A DNA stretch of 64,000 nt from Pristiophorus japonicus (Eukaryota). A program made the translations under genes and the position numbers. This document shows positions 49,756 through 63,309 of the stretch, piece by piece. The notes below the pieces were generated by a model, which saw nothing but the letters and a program-made list of their open reading frames with translations, did not search any database and was not told the origin of the DNA. The stretch spans positions 319,796,001-319,860,000 of the forward strand of contig NC_091978.1 in NCBI RefSeq assembly GCF_044704955.1, written 5' to 3'. Each line of letters begins with the position of its first letter. Within the stretch, counting starts at the first letter, position 1.

Positions 49756-51289
49756 AAGAGTCACAGCTTTCAGGAGGGACAGACAGAAAATTGGGAGTAA
49801 AAACTTCTGCAGGTATTATGAGCTGCTCTTTCCTCTAAACAAAATTGGTAACTTAGTCAATTAATACCACCACGTTTTCCATTTGCTGGCCTCCACAAAC
49901 TGACAGACTGAATTTGCTGTCATTGGTTCATCAAAAAAAATTGCAAACACATTATTTAGCAGAATAGACTTTGGAAATGAATGAGTTCCTGGGTACTGGC
50001 AGTGTTGAAGGAAATTTATCTTGGCACTGCAAACCACTGGTTGTAAATAGCTAAAACATTTGGTTTGTTTAATGAGAGAACCATTCCAAACAACACTAAG
50101 TAAACAGAGCACTATGATATACAACATAATGATTAGTTCAGAGAGTTCTGTTTTTCTATGATCTTCTGCATGCTGCTCTTATTAGAGATGAAAGGGTGGA
50201 ACAGGGTGGGGAGAGAGAGTCAATAAGTTTGTTTCTGCCTGGACTCATCTCTTTGGTGGTGCTGGTGAGGGCAATGTGATCTGTGATTTGATATCACAAG
50301 CTGATGGAATAATTTGTATCCTCAGCTAGTAAACATGGATGATTGGTTACATATCGTGAAAATCTGTAATTTTATATTTCTAATGTGCTTATAAGAGGCC
50401 CCAATAAACCATCTGTTTCTCTGTGTCTCTCTCACACATTCTAACATTGGTAGAAAAAGTTAGAATTATTGGGATTCGTATCCACACAATGGAACAGCTT
50501 TAGCTCCTGAAGGCTATCCAGGGCCAATATTCTGCAAAAAAAAATTTACAATCAAAAATTTTGTCAAAATCCATTTTCTGCTGTGCCCATAGTTGGAGCA
50601 AAAAAGAAATTGTACAAATAGTCACTGGATTAATCAGTGTGGTTTCTCGTGGTAAAATGGAAACATAAACTCGTTTCACCCACAAGCTAAATGAATAACC
50701 TACAACAACCACAACAATACAACTACCTTGCCCCCCCCCCACCCGCCCCCCAGGCAAATCTATTTAAAGAGCAATTAAAGTACTCAGTGAGTGACAACGG
50801 CATATGTGCTCTCCATGTGGTGGAGGAGGGAATCTCCTTTACAAGCAAAAGCACACCACAACCAAACCAATCCCACAACAGTCTGAGATCATCATTCCAT
50901 AGAACTACCCACCCTACAACATTACTACCAGCATGAAGCTTGCCACATAAAGGGATCTTGCAGAGGTTTTTAATTTAGAAATTCCACAAAATGTGGGTGA
51001 TGCAATATTGCACATTAAGGACTGAGATATCGGGGGAGAGGGGGGTGGAGGGTGGGGCGGGGGGGTGTGTGGGGGTTAGTGAGGAATTTCATTTGAGAAC
51101 GACCTATGCAACTTACCTGTGCGTGACTTGTCGATTGTGAATGATAAAGCAATTTACTCGTAGTATTTACTTTAAAGCTGTAACATTTTGAAAAAAATAT
51201 TTTCAGTAATTAAAGTAGAACTTTAGTTTTGATAATGCGACAAGAGGTTCCAACAATAGTTGAATGGATAAGTGCACAGTCTGGTACAA

Positions 51290-51610
51290 TACTGAACAAT
51301 GCAGGTCAGGAAAGTCCCCAGTTTGTTTTCTGGTCTGTTCTGAGTTAAATCAATTCACATTGCGCAGCAGTTGGGATTCTGCTATTGACCTCAGTGACAC
51401 TGGGCAGCAAAGATTTAAAAAAAAATCAGGGTTCCGACTCCTGATTGCTATTCACAATCCCTGCTGAAATGTCTGGGCGAGGACAGCATCATACTTTGGC
51501 TCGGATGCCCTCCAAAATTGATAGCCTGCCATCATTCACCCCTAGCTCACTCATGAAGAATAGCTTTATGGTAAATCATTGCCTTGAGGATGGGATGGGG
51601 AAACCCAGCA
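51290..51610 (+). repeat. Old SINE-like dispersed repeat
   Basis: CAGGAAAGTCCCCAG, CTCCTGATTGCTAT..CCCTGCTG. Confidence 0.4.
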
Positions 51611-51644
51611 GTGTAGCATCAAGTTGGCCTATATAACTCTATTA

Positions 51645-52046
51645 GAAGGATGAGAGTGGATCTCATAGAAACGTATAAGATTCTGATGGGACTGGACAGG
51701 TTAGATGCGAGAAGAATGTTCCCGATGTTGGGGAAGTCCAGAACCAGGGGTCACAATCTAAGGATAAGGGGTAAGCCATTTAGGACCGAGATGAGGAGAA
51801 ACTTCTTCACTCAGAGAGTTGTTAACCTGTGGAATTACTTGCCACAAAGAGTTGTTGATGCCAGTTCATTGGATATATTCAAGAGGGAGTTAGATATGGC
51901 CCTTACGGCTAAAGAGATCAAGGGGTATGGAGAGAAAGCAGGAAAGGGTTACTGAGGGAATGATCAGCCAATATCTTATTGAATGGCGGTGCAGGCTCGA
52001 AGGGCCGAATGGCCTGCGCCTGCACCTATTTTCTATGTTTCTATGT
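51645..52046 (+). mobile_element. CR1 3' fragment (young subfamily)
   Basis: ORF 51650-51955; tail TTTTCTATGTTTCTATGT. Confidence 0.9.
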
Positions 52047-52169
52047 AATGGCCATATAACTCCAAAGTGCCAAAGTGACTGTCCAACATCAACCCACTAC
52101 TCCCTCCACTTTGGGAAGACCAGAACCATTGTTTTCAGTATCCACCATGATCTCTGGTTCCTTGCCACT

Positions 52170-52826
52170 ACAACAACAAGAACAACTTGCATTTGTAAAG
52201 CACCTTTACGTAGCAAAATGTCCCAAGGCGTTTAACAAGAGTGCTATAAAAAATTTGGAAACTGAGCCGCAGAAAGAGCTATATCAGGACAGATGACCAA
52301 AAGTTTGGTCAAAGAGATAGGTTTTAAGGAGCATCTTTAAGTGGGAGAGAGAGGTAAAGAGGCAGCGATGTTTAAGGAGGGAATTCCAGAGTTTAGGGCT
52401 TAGGCAGTTGAAAGCATGGCCGCCAATGTGGTGCAATTAAAATCGGGGATGCGCAAGATGCCTGAATTGGAGGAACACAGAGTTCTCAAAGGTTTGTAGA
52501 CAATGTTTCTTTAATTTTTTATAGGTGCGCGGCCCCTTAGCAGGTTAAGCGGCCCATTCAAATTCCTGACCATGTGCGTTTTTTTCTATTTAAAGGCCGG
52601 TGCGCTAGCTGCGCGGGAGCTCCAAACACAGCCACGCAACTTCAAGAGAACATTGCTTGTAGGGCTGGAGGAGGTTACCTAGATAGGGAGGGCGAGGCCA
52701 TGGAGGGATTTGAAAACAAGGATGAGAATGTTAAATTTGCACTGGAAGATAGTGTAGGTCAGTAAGCACAATGGTGATGGATGAACAGGACTTGGTGCGA
52801 ATTAATATGCAGTTAACAGAGTTTTG
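52170..52826 (-). mobile_element. L2 3' fragment with a hAT MITE insert
   Basis: Similar to 20936-21430. Confidence 0.8.
52501..52655. mobile_element. hAT-type MITE (family of 32013-32168)
   Basis: TIRs CAATGTTTCTT / AAGAGAACATTG; degenerate 8-bp TSD TTTGTAGA / CTTGTAGG. Confidence 0.7.
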
Positions 52827-52864
52827 CTGATTTTAACCCATTCCCTGCCACTCTCTGAGGATGA

Positions 52865-53950
52865 GACGGACCATATAAAACCTTAGCATCCTGTTTATCA
52901 CTGAGCTTCCAGCCCCATATCCTATCCATCACCAAGATCATTTATTTCCACTTCATAAAATTGCCTGCTTCTGTCTTACATCAGTCTTTCCACAGCTGAA
53001 ATCCTTACTCATGCTTTTGTCATCTCTCGACTGATTATTCCAATTCCTTCTTTTCTGATCTCCCTAGCCCCAAGAGCCTTGCCGGTCTGCTTCCCCCGCC
53101 CCTGCCCCTGCCCCTAGCCCTGGCCGAAGGACCTCCCTGTCCACTCCCCCGCCCGCCCCTTAGCCCTAGCCAAGTGGCCTCCCAGTCCGCTCCCCCGCTC
53201 CTATCCCAGGCCGAATTGCCTCCTCCCTCCTGGTCTCCGCATCCAAGTATACCCGAAAGGCTTCCCCCCCCCCCGCCCGTCCCCCGCCCCCTTGCCTTTC
53301 CTGCTGCTGCTGTCCAGGCATCTGCTGTACTCACCTGCGCCGATTTCCTTAACTCTCCAGAAGATTTTTCTGCAGAGGCCACATACACTGACCTAAAAAG
53401 AACTGGAGCAACTCTCAGCTGGCCAAACCTCCCTAAATAGCCAGAATTGGCGTGCGTGGCAGGTTATGCCCTCTTGGCTGAAAAAAAACGTCCCTAAAAA
53501 AATCGTAACTGAGTTAGGCTGGTGCAAATTGATCGAGGAAACTTTTTTTTAACTTAGACCAAAAAAAGCGGCTTGCTCCAAAAAACAGTGCAAATCACTG
53601 GGGAAAATTGAGCCCAATAATTATCTTCAAATTCCTCCATAGACTCTCGCAACCTCCTCCAGCCTAATATTCCTTCACCTGTATCCTTCCTTTAATACAA
53701 TATAACAGTGACTACATTTCAAAAGTACTTCATTTGTTGTGAAGCACTTTGGGACATCCTCTGACTCCCTTTTGTACACGCCCCCTCCCTTTGCCCCACC
53801 AAAGGTGGCAGAGCTTTAGTTGCCTTACCTTCACTCGCTGGAACTCCCTCTAACATCAATCACCTCACCACTTCTTTCCTCACCTTTAAAAGTCTTCTCA
53901 AAACCCATTTTTGACCAGGATTTAAGTCACCCTTCTAATCTCTCCCTTCT
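52865..53950 (+). mobile_element. Old L2 fragment interrupted by a MITE (~53060-53615)
   Basis: AETL.HAFV.SRLDYSNS-like coding remnant; the MITE ends GGGGAAAATTGAGCCC. Confidence 0.6.
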
Positions 53951-53957
53951 CAGTGAC

Positions 53958-54415
53958 AGCTGTGGCTCACTGGGTAGTACACTCGCCTCTGAGTCAGAAG
54001 TTGCAGCTCCAGGTGCCAGTCAGGGACTTGAGCACATAAAATCTAGGCTAACACTCCATTGCAGTGCTGAGGGAGTGCTGCACTGTATGAGGTGCCGTCT
54101 TTCGGATGAGATGTTAAACCGAGGCCCCATCTGCTCTCTCAGGTTGACATAAAAGACCCCATGGCACTATTTTGAAGAAGTGCAGGGGAGTTATCCCCAG
54201 TGTCCTGGTCAATATTTATCCCTCAATCAACATAAAAACAATGTATCTGGTCATTATCACATTGCTGTTTGTGGCAGTGTGCTGTTTGTGGGAGCTTGCT
54301 GTGTACAAATTGACTGTTGTGTTTCCCATATTATAACAGTGACGACACTCCAAAAGTACTTCATTGGCTGTAAAGCACTTTGAGACGACCGGTGCTATAT
54401 AAATGCAAGTCTTTT
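53958..54415 (+). mobile_element. Deu-domain tRNA SINE (SacSINE1-like)
   Basis: tRNA-like head GTGGCTCACTGGGTAG..GCCTCTGAGTCAGAAG; Deu core CTGAGGGAGTGCTGCACTGT..GGTGCCGTCTTTCGGATGAGATGTTAAACCGAGGCCCC; tail GCTATATAAATGCAAGTCTTTTCTT. Confidence 0.85.
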
Positions 54416-54715
54416 CTTTCTTTTCTCAGCTCAGTGTTTCTTTCCATGTATATTTCCATTTGTGAGGTTCTTTGGAAATCTTTCTCAACATTAAAGGTGC
54501 TATAAAAATGGACATTGATGATGATGATGAAGAATTCGTAAATGATCATATGTGGGAATGTTTATCATATCATGCAGTGCCTATGCATATTCTGTTTTGC
54601 ACGCTCTTTAATACTTAAAGAATAAATTGGAATATTTTTGTACTTTTCCCGAATCGAAGATAATCACACAAAGTTGCCTCTAAATATTTTGTATTCATCA
54701 AAGTGACTGATGTCA

Positions 54716-56530
54716 CATAGAAACATAGAAAATAGGTGCAAGAGTAGGCCATACGGCCCTTCGAGCCTGCACCACCATTCAATATGATCATGGCTGATCA
54801 TGCACCTTCAGTATCCCATTCCTGCTTCCTCTCCATATCCTTTGATCCCTTTAGCCGTAAGGGCCACATCTAACTCCATTTTGAATATATCTAACTAATT
54901 GGCCTCAACAACTTTCTGTGGTAAAGAATTCCACAGGTTCACAATTTTCTGAGTGAAGAAGTTTCTCCTCATCTCGGTCCTAAATGGCTTACCCCTTATC
55001 CTTAGACTGTGACCCCTGGTTCTGGACTTCCCCAACAATGGGAACATTCTTCCTGCATCAAACCTGTCCAATCCCATCAGAATTTTATATGTTCCTATGA
55101 GATCTCCTCTCATTCTTCTAAATTCCAGTGAATATAAGCCTAGTTGATCCAGTCTTTCTTCATATGTCAGTCCTGCCGTCCCGGAAATCAGTCTGGTGAA
55201 CCTTCGCTGCACTCCCTCAATAGCAAGAATGTCTTTCCTCAGATGAGGAGACCAAAACTGTACACAATATTCAAGGTATGGCCCCACCAAGGCCCTGTAC
55301 AACTGCAATGAGACCTCCCTGATCCTATACTCAAATCCTCTCGTTATGAAGGCCAACATGTCATTTGCCTCCTTCACCGCCTGCTGTACCTGCATGCCAA
55401 CTTTCAATGACTGATGTACCATGACAACCAGGTCTTGTTGCACCTCCCCTTTTCCTAATCTGTCACCATTCAGATAATATTCTGCCTCTCTGTTTTTGCC
55501 ACCAAAGTGGATAACCTCACATTTATCTACATTATACTGCATCTGCCATGCATTTGCCCACTCACCTAACCTGTCCAAGTCACCCTGCAGCCTCTTAGCA
55601 TCCTCCTCACAGCTCACACTGCCATCGAGCTTAGTGTCATTTGCAAACTTGGAGATATTACATTCAATTCCTTCGTCCAAATCATTAATGTATATTGTAA
55701 ATAGCTGGGGGCCCAGCACTGAACCTTGCGGTACCCCACTAGTCACTGCCTGCCATTCTGAAAAGGACCCATTTATTCCTACTCTTTGCTTTCTGTCTGC
55801 CAACCAGTTCTCTATCCACGTCAATACATTACCCCCAATACCATGTGCTTTATTTTTGCGCACTAATCTCTTGTGTGGGACCTTGTCAAAAGCCTTTTGA
55901 AAGTCCAAATATACCACATCCACTGGTTCTCCCTTGTCCACTCTACTAATCACATCCTCAAAAAATTCTAGAAGATTTGTCAAGCATGATTTCCCTTTCA
56001 TAAATCCATGCTGACTTGGTCCGATCCTGTCACTGCTTTCCAAATGCGCTGTTATTACGCCTTTAATAATTGATTCCAACATTTTCCCCACTACCAATGT
56101 CAGGCTAACCGGTCTATAATTCCCTGTTTTCTCTCTCCCTCCTTTTTTAAAAAGTGGTGTTACATTAGCTACCCTCCAATCCATAGGAACTGATCCAGAA
56201 TCTATAGAATGTTGGAAAATGACCACCAATGCATCCACTATTTCGAGGGCCACTTCCTTAAGTACTCTGGGATGCAGCCTATCAGACCCTGGAGATTTAT
56301 CGGCCTTCAATCCCATTAATTTCCCTAACACAATTTCCTGACTAATAAGGATTTCCTTCAGTTCTTCCTTCTCGCTAGACCCTCGGTCCCCTAGTATTTC
56401 CGGAAGGTTATTTGTGTTTTCCTCTGTGAAAACAGAACCAAAGTATTTGCTCAATTGGTCTGCCATTTCTTTGTTCCCCATTATAAATTCACCTGATTCT
56501 GACTGCAAGGGATCTACATTTGTCTTCACT
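54716..56530 (-). mobile_element. Young 5'-truncated CR1 (544-aa ORF2 RT fragment at 54895-56529)
   Basis: Same subfamily as 9309-11165; catalytic FADD changed to FAND; premature stop at 54895. Confidence 0.95.
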
Positions 56531-56739
56531 GTTAGGGAATGGAAAATTCTTCCATTTGTTTACATATTTCCCAGATCAGGTATGACTCAGGAAGAGTGCA
56601 GTTCCCCCTCGTGTGTCTGTCTCAGCATTAGTGGAGCATCACCTGCAGCACTAATGTGATAGGTCCATATTCCAGACCCACCATCTTTGTGACAGTCTGG
56701 GTGGTGCTGGCTGACAATATTACAATGCTGTTAGGTATA

Positions 56740-57215
56740 GTCGTAGTATAAGGCAGTCCCTCGTATCGAGGATGACCTGTTTCCACACCCAAAAGGGATG
56801 AGTTCACAGGTGTTTCAATGAGGGACCTGATATTCCAGGTCCCGAACTACATGTTGAAGGATGGAAGATGCCCGTGCGTGGATTCTTTTAACGTGGGGTG
56901 GCTGTTGCACACCAGCCACCACACAGGCTTGACATAGCTAAGTCTTGATCCAGTGGCAAGGGTTAACCAAAACGACTGGAGACCAGACTCTGCTGCACGG
57001 ACCTAGTGCACACATATGCTCCTACCATCCGTAGATCGAAATGTGGGCTGGCCCGTGCTGCCCCTGGGCCCTCGCCTCTTCTGGGCCCCGAACCCTCGTC
57101 TCTCCTGGACATGGATCACGTCGCTCCTGGGCCACGATCTCTCGCCGCACCTCCGCCACGATCTCTCGCCGCTCCTCCGCCCCGATCATTCGCCGCACCT
57201 CCGCCACGATTTCTC
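56740..57215 (-). mobile_element. Non-autonomous RTE-related element, second copy, with ~21-bp GC-rich tandem repeats at its 5' side
   Basis: Colinear with 32935-33300; (CCACGATCTCTCGCCGCACCTCCG)-like repeats at 57130-57215. Confidence 0.8.
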
Positions 57216-57749
57216 GCATAGTGACGCAGAGCCAAGATTTCATGTTGACTATCTTAATGTGGCTTTGCTAATGCTGATATTATATTGCTGTACACATCTC
57301 CTCGATCAAAATGTTCTTCTATCACCATTGCGCATCATGTATTGGATACACATATAGTCATGTGTGCAGTGGGGTACAGGTAGTGTTCCAAATTTGTGGG
57401 TGTCACCAATGTTATGCATAAATGATAAGTGCAGACACATATCACAGTCAAGGATTAAAACTCGTGTCAGTCGACAAGCAGTAACCTTGATGTGTCACAA
57501 CATGCAAGGAATAAATACTGGGGCATTTTGTCAGCTCTTCAACAACTACTCGGCCACTGCCAGACTACCACCTTGTGGCGACCTTGTTCCTGCTGGTGCA
57601 GAGCACAACATTACTGTTCCAACAGATTTATACTCAGATTATAATGCAGTATCTACAATCATCAAGATCTAAATGTGATACTGAAAAGTCAGATATCACA
57701 GTGTTAGTGTTGATTTATATTTATATGATTATTTTGTGTCATATTTTTT

Positions 57750-60700
57750 TACATAGGAAAAACAGCACGGAAACTGGCCATTCGGCCCAATTAGTCCGTG
57801 CTGGCATTAATGCTCCACACGAGCCTCCTCGCGTCTTTCCTCATCTAAATCTATCAGCATAACCCTCCATTCCCCTCTCCCTCATATTCTTATCTAACCG
57901 CCCCTTAAATGCATCTATGCTGTTCGCTTCAACCACTCCCTGTGATAACGAGTTTAACATTCTCACCACTCTGCATAAAGAAGTTTCTTCTGAATTCACT
58001 ATTTGATCTCTTGGCGACTATCTTATGCTGATGACCTCTAGTGTTACTCTTCCCCACAAGTGGAAACACTTTCTCTGTATCTGCTCTATCAAAACCTTTT
58101 AAAGACCTCCATTAGGTCACCCATCAGCCTTCTCTTTTCAAGAAAAAAGAGACCCAGGCTGTTCATCCTTTCCTGATAGGTATACCCTTGCATTTCTGGT
58201 ATCATCTTTGTAAATTTCTGCATCCCCACCAGTGCCTCTACATCCTTTTTATAATATGGCATCCAGAATTGTACGCAGTACTCCCAAGTGTGGTTTAACC
58301 AAGGTTCGATACAAGTTTAGCATAACTTCACTACTTTTCAATTCTATCACTCTAGAAATAAACCCTAGTTTGCATTTTTATGGCCTTGTTAACCTGCGAG
58401 AATACTTTGTGATTTGTGTATTCATACTCCGAGATCCCTTTGTTCTTCAAGCCTATTTAGATTCTTATTTTCCAAGTAATACGTGACCTCCCCATTTTTC
58501 TTACCAAAATGTAATGCCTCATATTTATTTGTTGAATTTCATTTGCCAATTATGTGCCCATTCAGTTTATTAATGTCCTCCTGTAATTTGTTGCAATCCT
58601 CCTCAGTATTGACTATCCCCCCCGCCCCCCCAAATTTGGTGTCATCTGCAAATTTAGAAATTGTGTTTTGATTCCAATGTCTAAATCGTTAATATAAATT
58701 GTGAACAGTGATCCCAGCACTGATCCTGTTGAACACCACTTCCCACCTTCTGTCACTCTGAATAGTTACCCTTTATGCCTACTCTCTGCTTTCTGTCTTG
58801 AAGCCAGCTAGCTATCCAATCTGCTACTTGTCCCCTGACTCTGCATTCTCTGACCTTATTCATTAGTCTATTATGTTGTACCTTATCAAAAGCCTTTTGA
58901 AAATCTAGATATATTGTATTTACTACATTACCCTTGTCTTGTCTACTCTCTCTGTTACTTCTTCAAAACATTATATTAGATTGGTCGAGGAAGACTTCCC
59001 CTTTTGAAATCCATGCTGACTATTAATTTTGGTTTCTAGATGTTCTTCCATTTTCTCATTTAGTAAAGATTCCATTATTTTTCCTACCACCGATGTTAAG
59101 CTGACTGGTTTATAGATTCCTGGACATGTTCTATCTCCCTTCTTAAATATAGGTATAACATTAGCTATCCTCCAGTCCTCTGGCACTATACCTTTTTATA
59201 ACGAATTACTAAATATGTGTAGTAATGCTTCTGCTATCTCTTCCCTAGATTCTTTTAAAATGCGCGAATGTAATCTGTCCGGGCCAGGGGTTTTTATCCT
59301 CTTTGAGGTTCATTAGTTTATTTAATATATCTCCATGTTTTATTTTAAATGCAGTTATCTCATTACTAATCTCATCATCCAATGTCTTATCCACCTGTTC
59401 TACCTCCCTGGTAAATCCTGAAGCAAAGTAATTATTTAATATCTCTGCCTGTGGTATTATCCTGTCCATCCCTTAGTGGCTCTATTCCTATCCCGACCTT
59501 CCTTTTTTCTTTGCGTGCCTGTAAAATATTTTACTATTTTGTTTTATGTTCCTTGATAATTTAATTTTATAATTCCTCTTTGACTTCCTAATTGTTTTTT
59601 TGACTTCTCTCTAATCTTTTCATATTCGCCCTTATCATGCTCGCCCCTGCTGCCCATGTACTTAATGTATGCCTCTTTCCTTACCCTCAATTTTTCCCTT
59701 ATGGCATTGTTCATCCATGGTGCGTCATTCGTGTTTAGCTTGATCTTATTTTTTAGTGGAATATATTTTTCCTGGGCTCTGTTGACCACCGTTTTAAATG
59801 TTTCCCATTGCTGCTTTACATCATTGTTTGCCAATATTGTTTTCCATTTTATTTTCCCAAGTTCCATTCTCAGACCCTCAAATTTTTTCTCCAATCTATT
59901 GTCTTGGTCTTTGTCATGCTTATGTCTTTCTCAATTATTATCTTAAAATATATTATATTATGGTCACTATTGCCTAGATGTTCTCCTACTTTTGTTTCTC
60001 GTATTTGCTCTGGCTCATTCCCCATTACTACACCCAATAGCAAATCCTCCCTTGTTGGGTTTTTTACATATTGGGTTAGAAAGGAGTCCTGTACACTCTG
60101 TAGGAACTCCATTCCCTTATCCCCTTTACCTACCTCTTCTGTCCAATTAATATCAGGGTAGTTGAAATCCCCCATGATTATTCTATGTTTTTTACTCAAT
60201 TGCCTAATTTGTTTGCATATTTTTTCCTCCACCTCCCTTCCACTATTAGGTGGTCTGTAGACTAACCCTATTAGTATGATTGCTCCTTTATTATCTTTTA
60301 TCTCTATCCACATGAATTCTATTTCTGTTTTGCTGATAGCTGCGTCACATTTTTCTACTGCTATTAAGTTATTCCTAATAAGTACAGCTACTCCTCCTCT
60401 CTTTTTTCCCTCTATCGTTTCTAAATAAGTTATACCCTGTAATGTTTAATTTCCAATCCTGATTTTTCTGTAGCCATGGGCTGGATTTTTACCAACCTTG
60501 GCGGGTCAGTGGTGGGCGACCTCTGTGGTGGGTCCCGGTCTCACTGCTGGCTCCAGCCCGCTGTCTAAAATTATTTCCGCCTGATTGGGCTTATTAAGTC
60601 CACCCAGCGCGCTTGCCATCGAATTGAAGGAAGCGGGTCTGATGACATCATTTGATGATGTGCCATCAGCTGGTTTACTTAAAGGGACCATGCACAAATT

Positions 60701-62850
60701 AATTTTGACAGTTGTATTGTCAATGTTCTGCAGCATTGAGGTGCTGAAAACACTGTCAAGCACTGCACAAAGGTGCACAACTGCACCCAGGCTCTCTCAT
60801 GATTCCCTCCATATGCTTATGGAGAGAGCCACGGCAAGCAGGGAGGTCCTCTTCCCTTCCCATGGGCAGAAGAGACCTCTCCAGGAGACCAACGCAGCCT
60901 GGTTGCACATTGTACAGGAGTTCACAAGAAGGGATGTCATCAGGAGGAGCTGGCTGCAGTGGTGAAAATCTTTCAATGATCTCAGTAGATCACGAAACGT
61001 TACTGTAAAGCCACACTCAGCCTCGTCCTGCTGTGCCACTCATCATATCACCATCACTCTGTCTTCCCTACCCTATTCCTGCACATACTTACTAACACCA
61101 ACTTACCTTGCACATCCACCCACCCCTCTTTCTCTCTCTCACTCTCTATCGACATTATCACTTCCCTATCTTTCTAGCCACCCCTCACACTCACCTCATC
61201 CTAGGCCAATCATATCAACTAACAACACATAAGGGTAGGCACTTGGTTGTTTTATGCAATGTTCATGTAAAGTTTCTGTTAATGTGGCGTCAAACATTGA
61301 AACCTTTATTTTGCATTCTTGGACAGATCTGGATACACCTTTGGAAGTGGCTTAGTGAGTTGCAGTGAATGGTGAGACAATGGTGATCAATGTGAAAGGA
61401 TTGTAGGGCCATTGTAGGGAGGCTTTATGGCGTTGATGTGGGGTGGTGCTATCCTGGCAGTCAGGGTGTACAGTGTCAAGTAAATCTGGCCATGGTGAGG
61501 CTATCCTTGGTGTCCCGGGCAGCAATGTGTTTGGGTGCTGATGTCCTCTGTCCTGTGTAACATCAGTTGATTGCAGAGAAGGATGGTGTTGCTGTTGGTG
61601 CTGCTGGTGTTGGTGCTGATCGTAGTGCAATTCTGACGACCACGGTGAGATATTTTCAAGTGCACCAATGCTGATATAATAGATGGCAGGTGAACTTTAG
61701 ATAACAGAAGAAATCTGTCAATGGTGAGAGAAGTTGTTCCAATGAGATAGAGTGTTTGCTCCAAACATTTGCAATCTGCATAAAGCTCAATCTGTCTTCC
61801 AAGTGCAGTAAACAATAGATTCTGGGCTTGGAAAGTGAACAGTTGTGAAATAGGAGCTTTTATACCACATGTGCACCTGTCAAGTAATGTGATGATTCCA
61901 TGGCCATTCAACTCCTGCCCTGCTTACCTGACGTGATCCCCGAGCAGCGTGGACTCTGTGGGCGACCGGGTAAACTCTGAAACAGAGCTCAAAATAGTTC
62001 TTAATGGTCTGTTAACAAGATCATAATGAGCTGAATTGCCTCCCCCTCCGCTGTGTGTCGGGTCTGCTCAGCGCTGACAGACCCGACATTTGGGAAAGGC
62101 ACATGGCGGCAGGTTGATGATGGGGTCCTGACCCATTGTCAAAAAAAAGCATTTTCCCAACCGACCCACCACCAATCACGCCCGCTGGCCCCCCCCACCC
62201 CCCCCTCCCCATGTCTCTGTAATCCCTACTATGTTTGGTTCCAGCTTCCCGGTTTTATTACGGACACTGTACGCATTGCTGTACAGACAGATTAACTCAT
62301 TTTAATAGTAGTTCCCCTCTCTTTATTTTTAGCCATCATTTTAAACTCCTGTTCTATAACACTATTTATTCCGTGGTCATTGATGTCTTCCCTTACTTTG
62401 CTCTCTCCTATGCTCTCCTTTCCTGTTTTGTTTGTATTTAGGCTGGCTTAATTTCTTGTAAATCCCTCCCTCCATCTTAATAGTTTAAAGCCATTGCCAC
62501 CTCCCTATTTATCCTTTCCGCTGGGACACAGGTCGCATTCCGGTTCAGGTGGAGCCCATCCCATCGGTACAGCTCCTTTCTGTCCCAGTACTGGCGCCAG
62601 TGTCCCATGAAAAAGAACCCCTCTTTCCCACACCAGCCCTTTAGCCACATGTTAAATCTCCTGATCTGACTGTTTCTATGCCAATTTGCTCGTGGTCGGG
62701 CAATAATCCAGAGATTAGTACCCTCAAGTCCTGCGTTTTAGCTCCTAACTCCTGATACTCTCTCAACAAGACCTCCTCCCTGTTCCTACCTAAGTCATTT
62801 GCTCTGACGTGGACTGACATGGACCACGACAACTGGATTTACCACCTCCC
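57750..62850 (-). mobile_element. Older CR1 (RT, endonuclease, ORF1 esterase remnants) split by a Harbinger element
   Basis: ORFs 58971-60313 (VYRPPNS, GDFN, SDHN); the VGITETWL codons are split at 60477/62210; DGLHLN esterase remnant at ~62550. Confidence 0.85.
60478..62209. mobile_element. Defective PIF/Harbinger element with a Myb/SANT remnant
   Basis: CAT TSD (60475-60477, 62210-62212); left end GGGCTGGATTTT; 60770-60985 encodes APRLSHDSL..REVLFP..AAWLHI..RSWLQW*KSFNDL. Confidence 0.75.
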
Positions 62851-62854
62851 ATTC

Positions 62855-63128
62855 CCAATTATTGCCCATCCCTACTTGCCCGTGAGAAGATGGTGGTGAG
62901 CCACCTTCTTGAACTGCTGCAGTCCGTTGGGTGAAGGTGCTCCCACAGTGCTGTTAGGGAGGGAGTGCCAGGATTTTGATCCAGCAATGATGAACGAATG
63001 GCGATATATTTTCAAGTCAGGATGATGTGTGACTTGGAGGGGAACGTGGAGGTGGTGGTGTTCCCATGCGCTTGTTGCCCTTGTCCTTCTTGGTGGTAGA
63101 GGTCGCGGATTTGGGAGGTGCTGTCAGT
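62855..63128 (-). mobile_element. 3' fragment of the LINE family at 23790-24510
   Basis: TTATTGCCCATCCCT..GAGAAG.TGGTGGTGAGCC..CTTGAAC. Confidence 0.65.
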
Positions 63129-63309
63129 TATCAGTTTAAATCTTTTCCCATGTATATAGTAGAGGAAAACAGAACATGTCATCTCATAAATATTGTGTTG
63201 TTTTTCTGCAGAACAGTCAGTTAAAATGCCACTGTTTTGCCGAATAGAAGATTGTTATCTTAATGAAGAAAGATTTGTTTTCCTATAGTACAATTCAGCA
63301 CACACCAAG

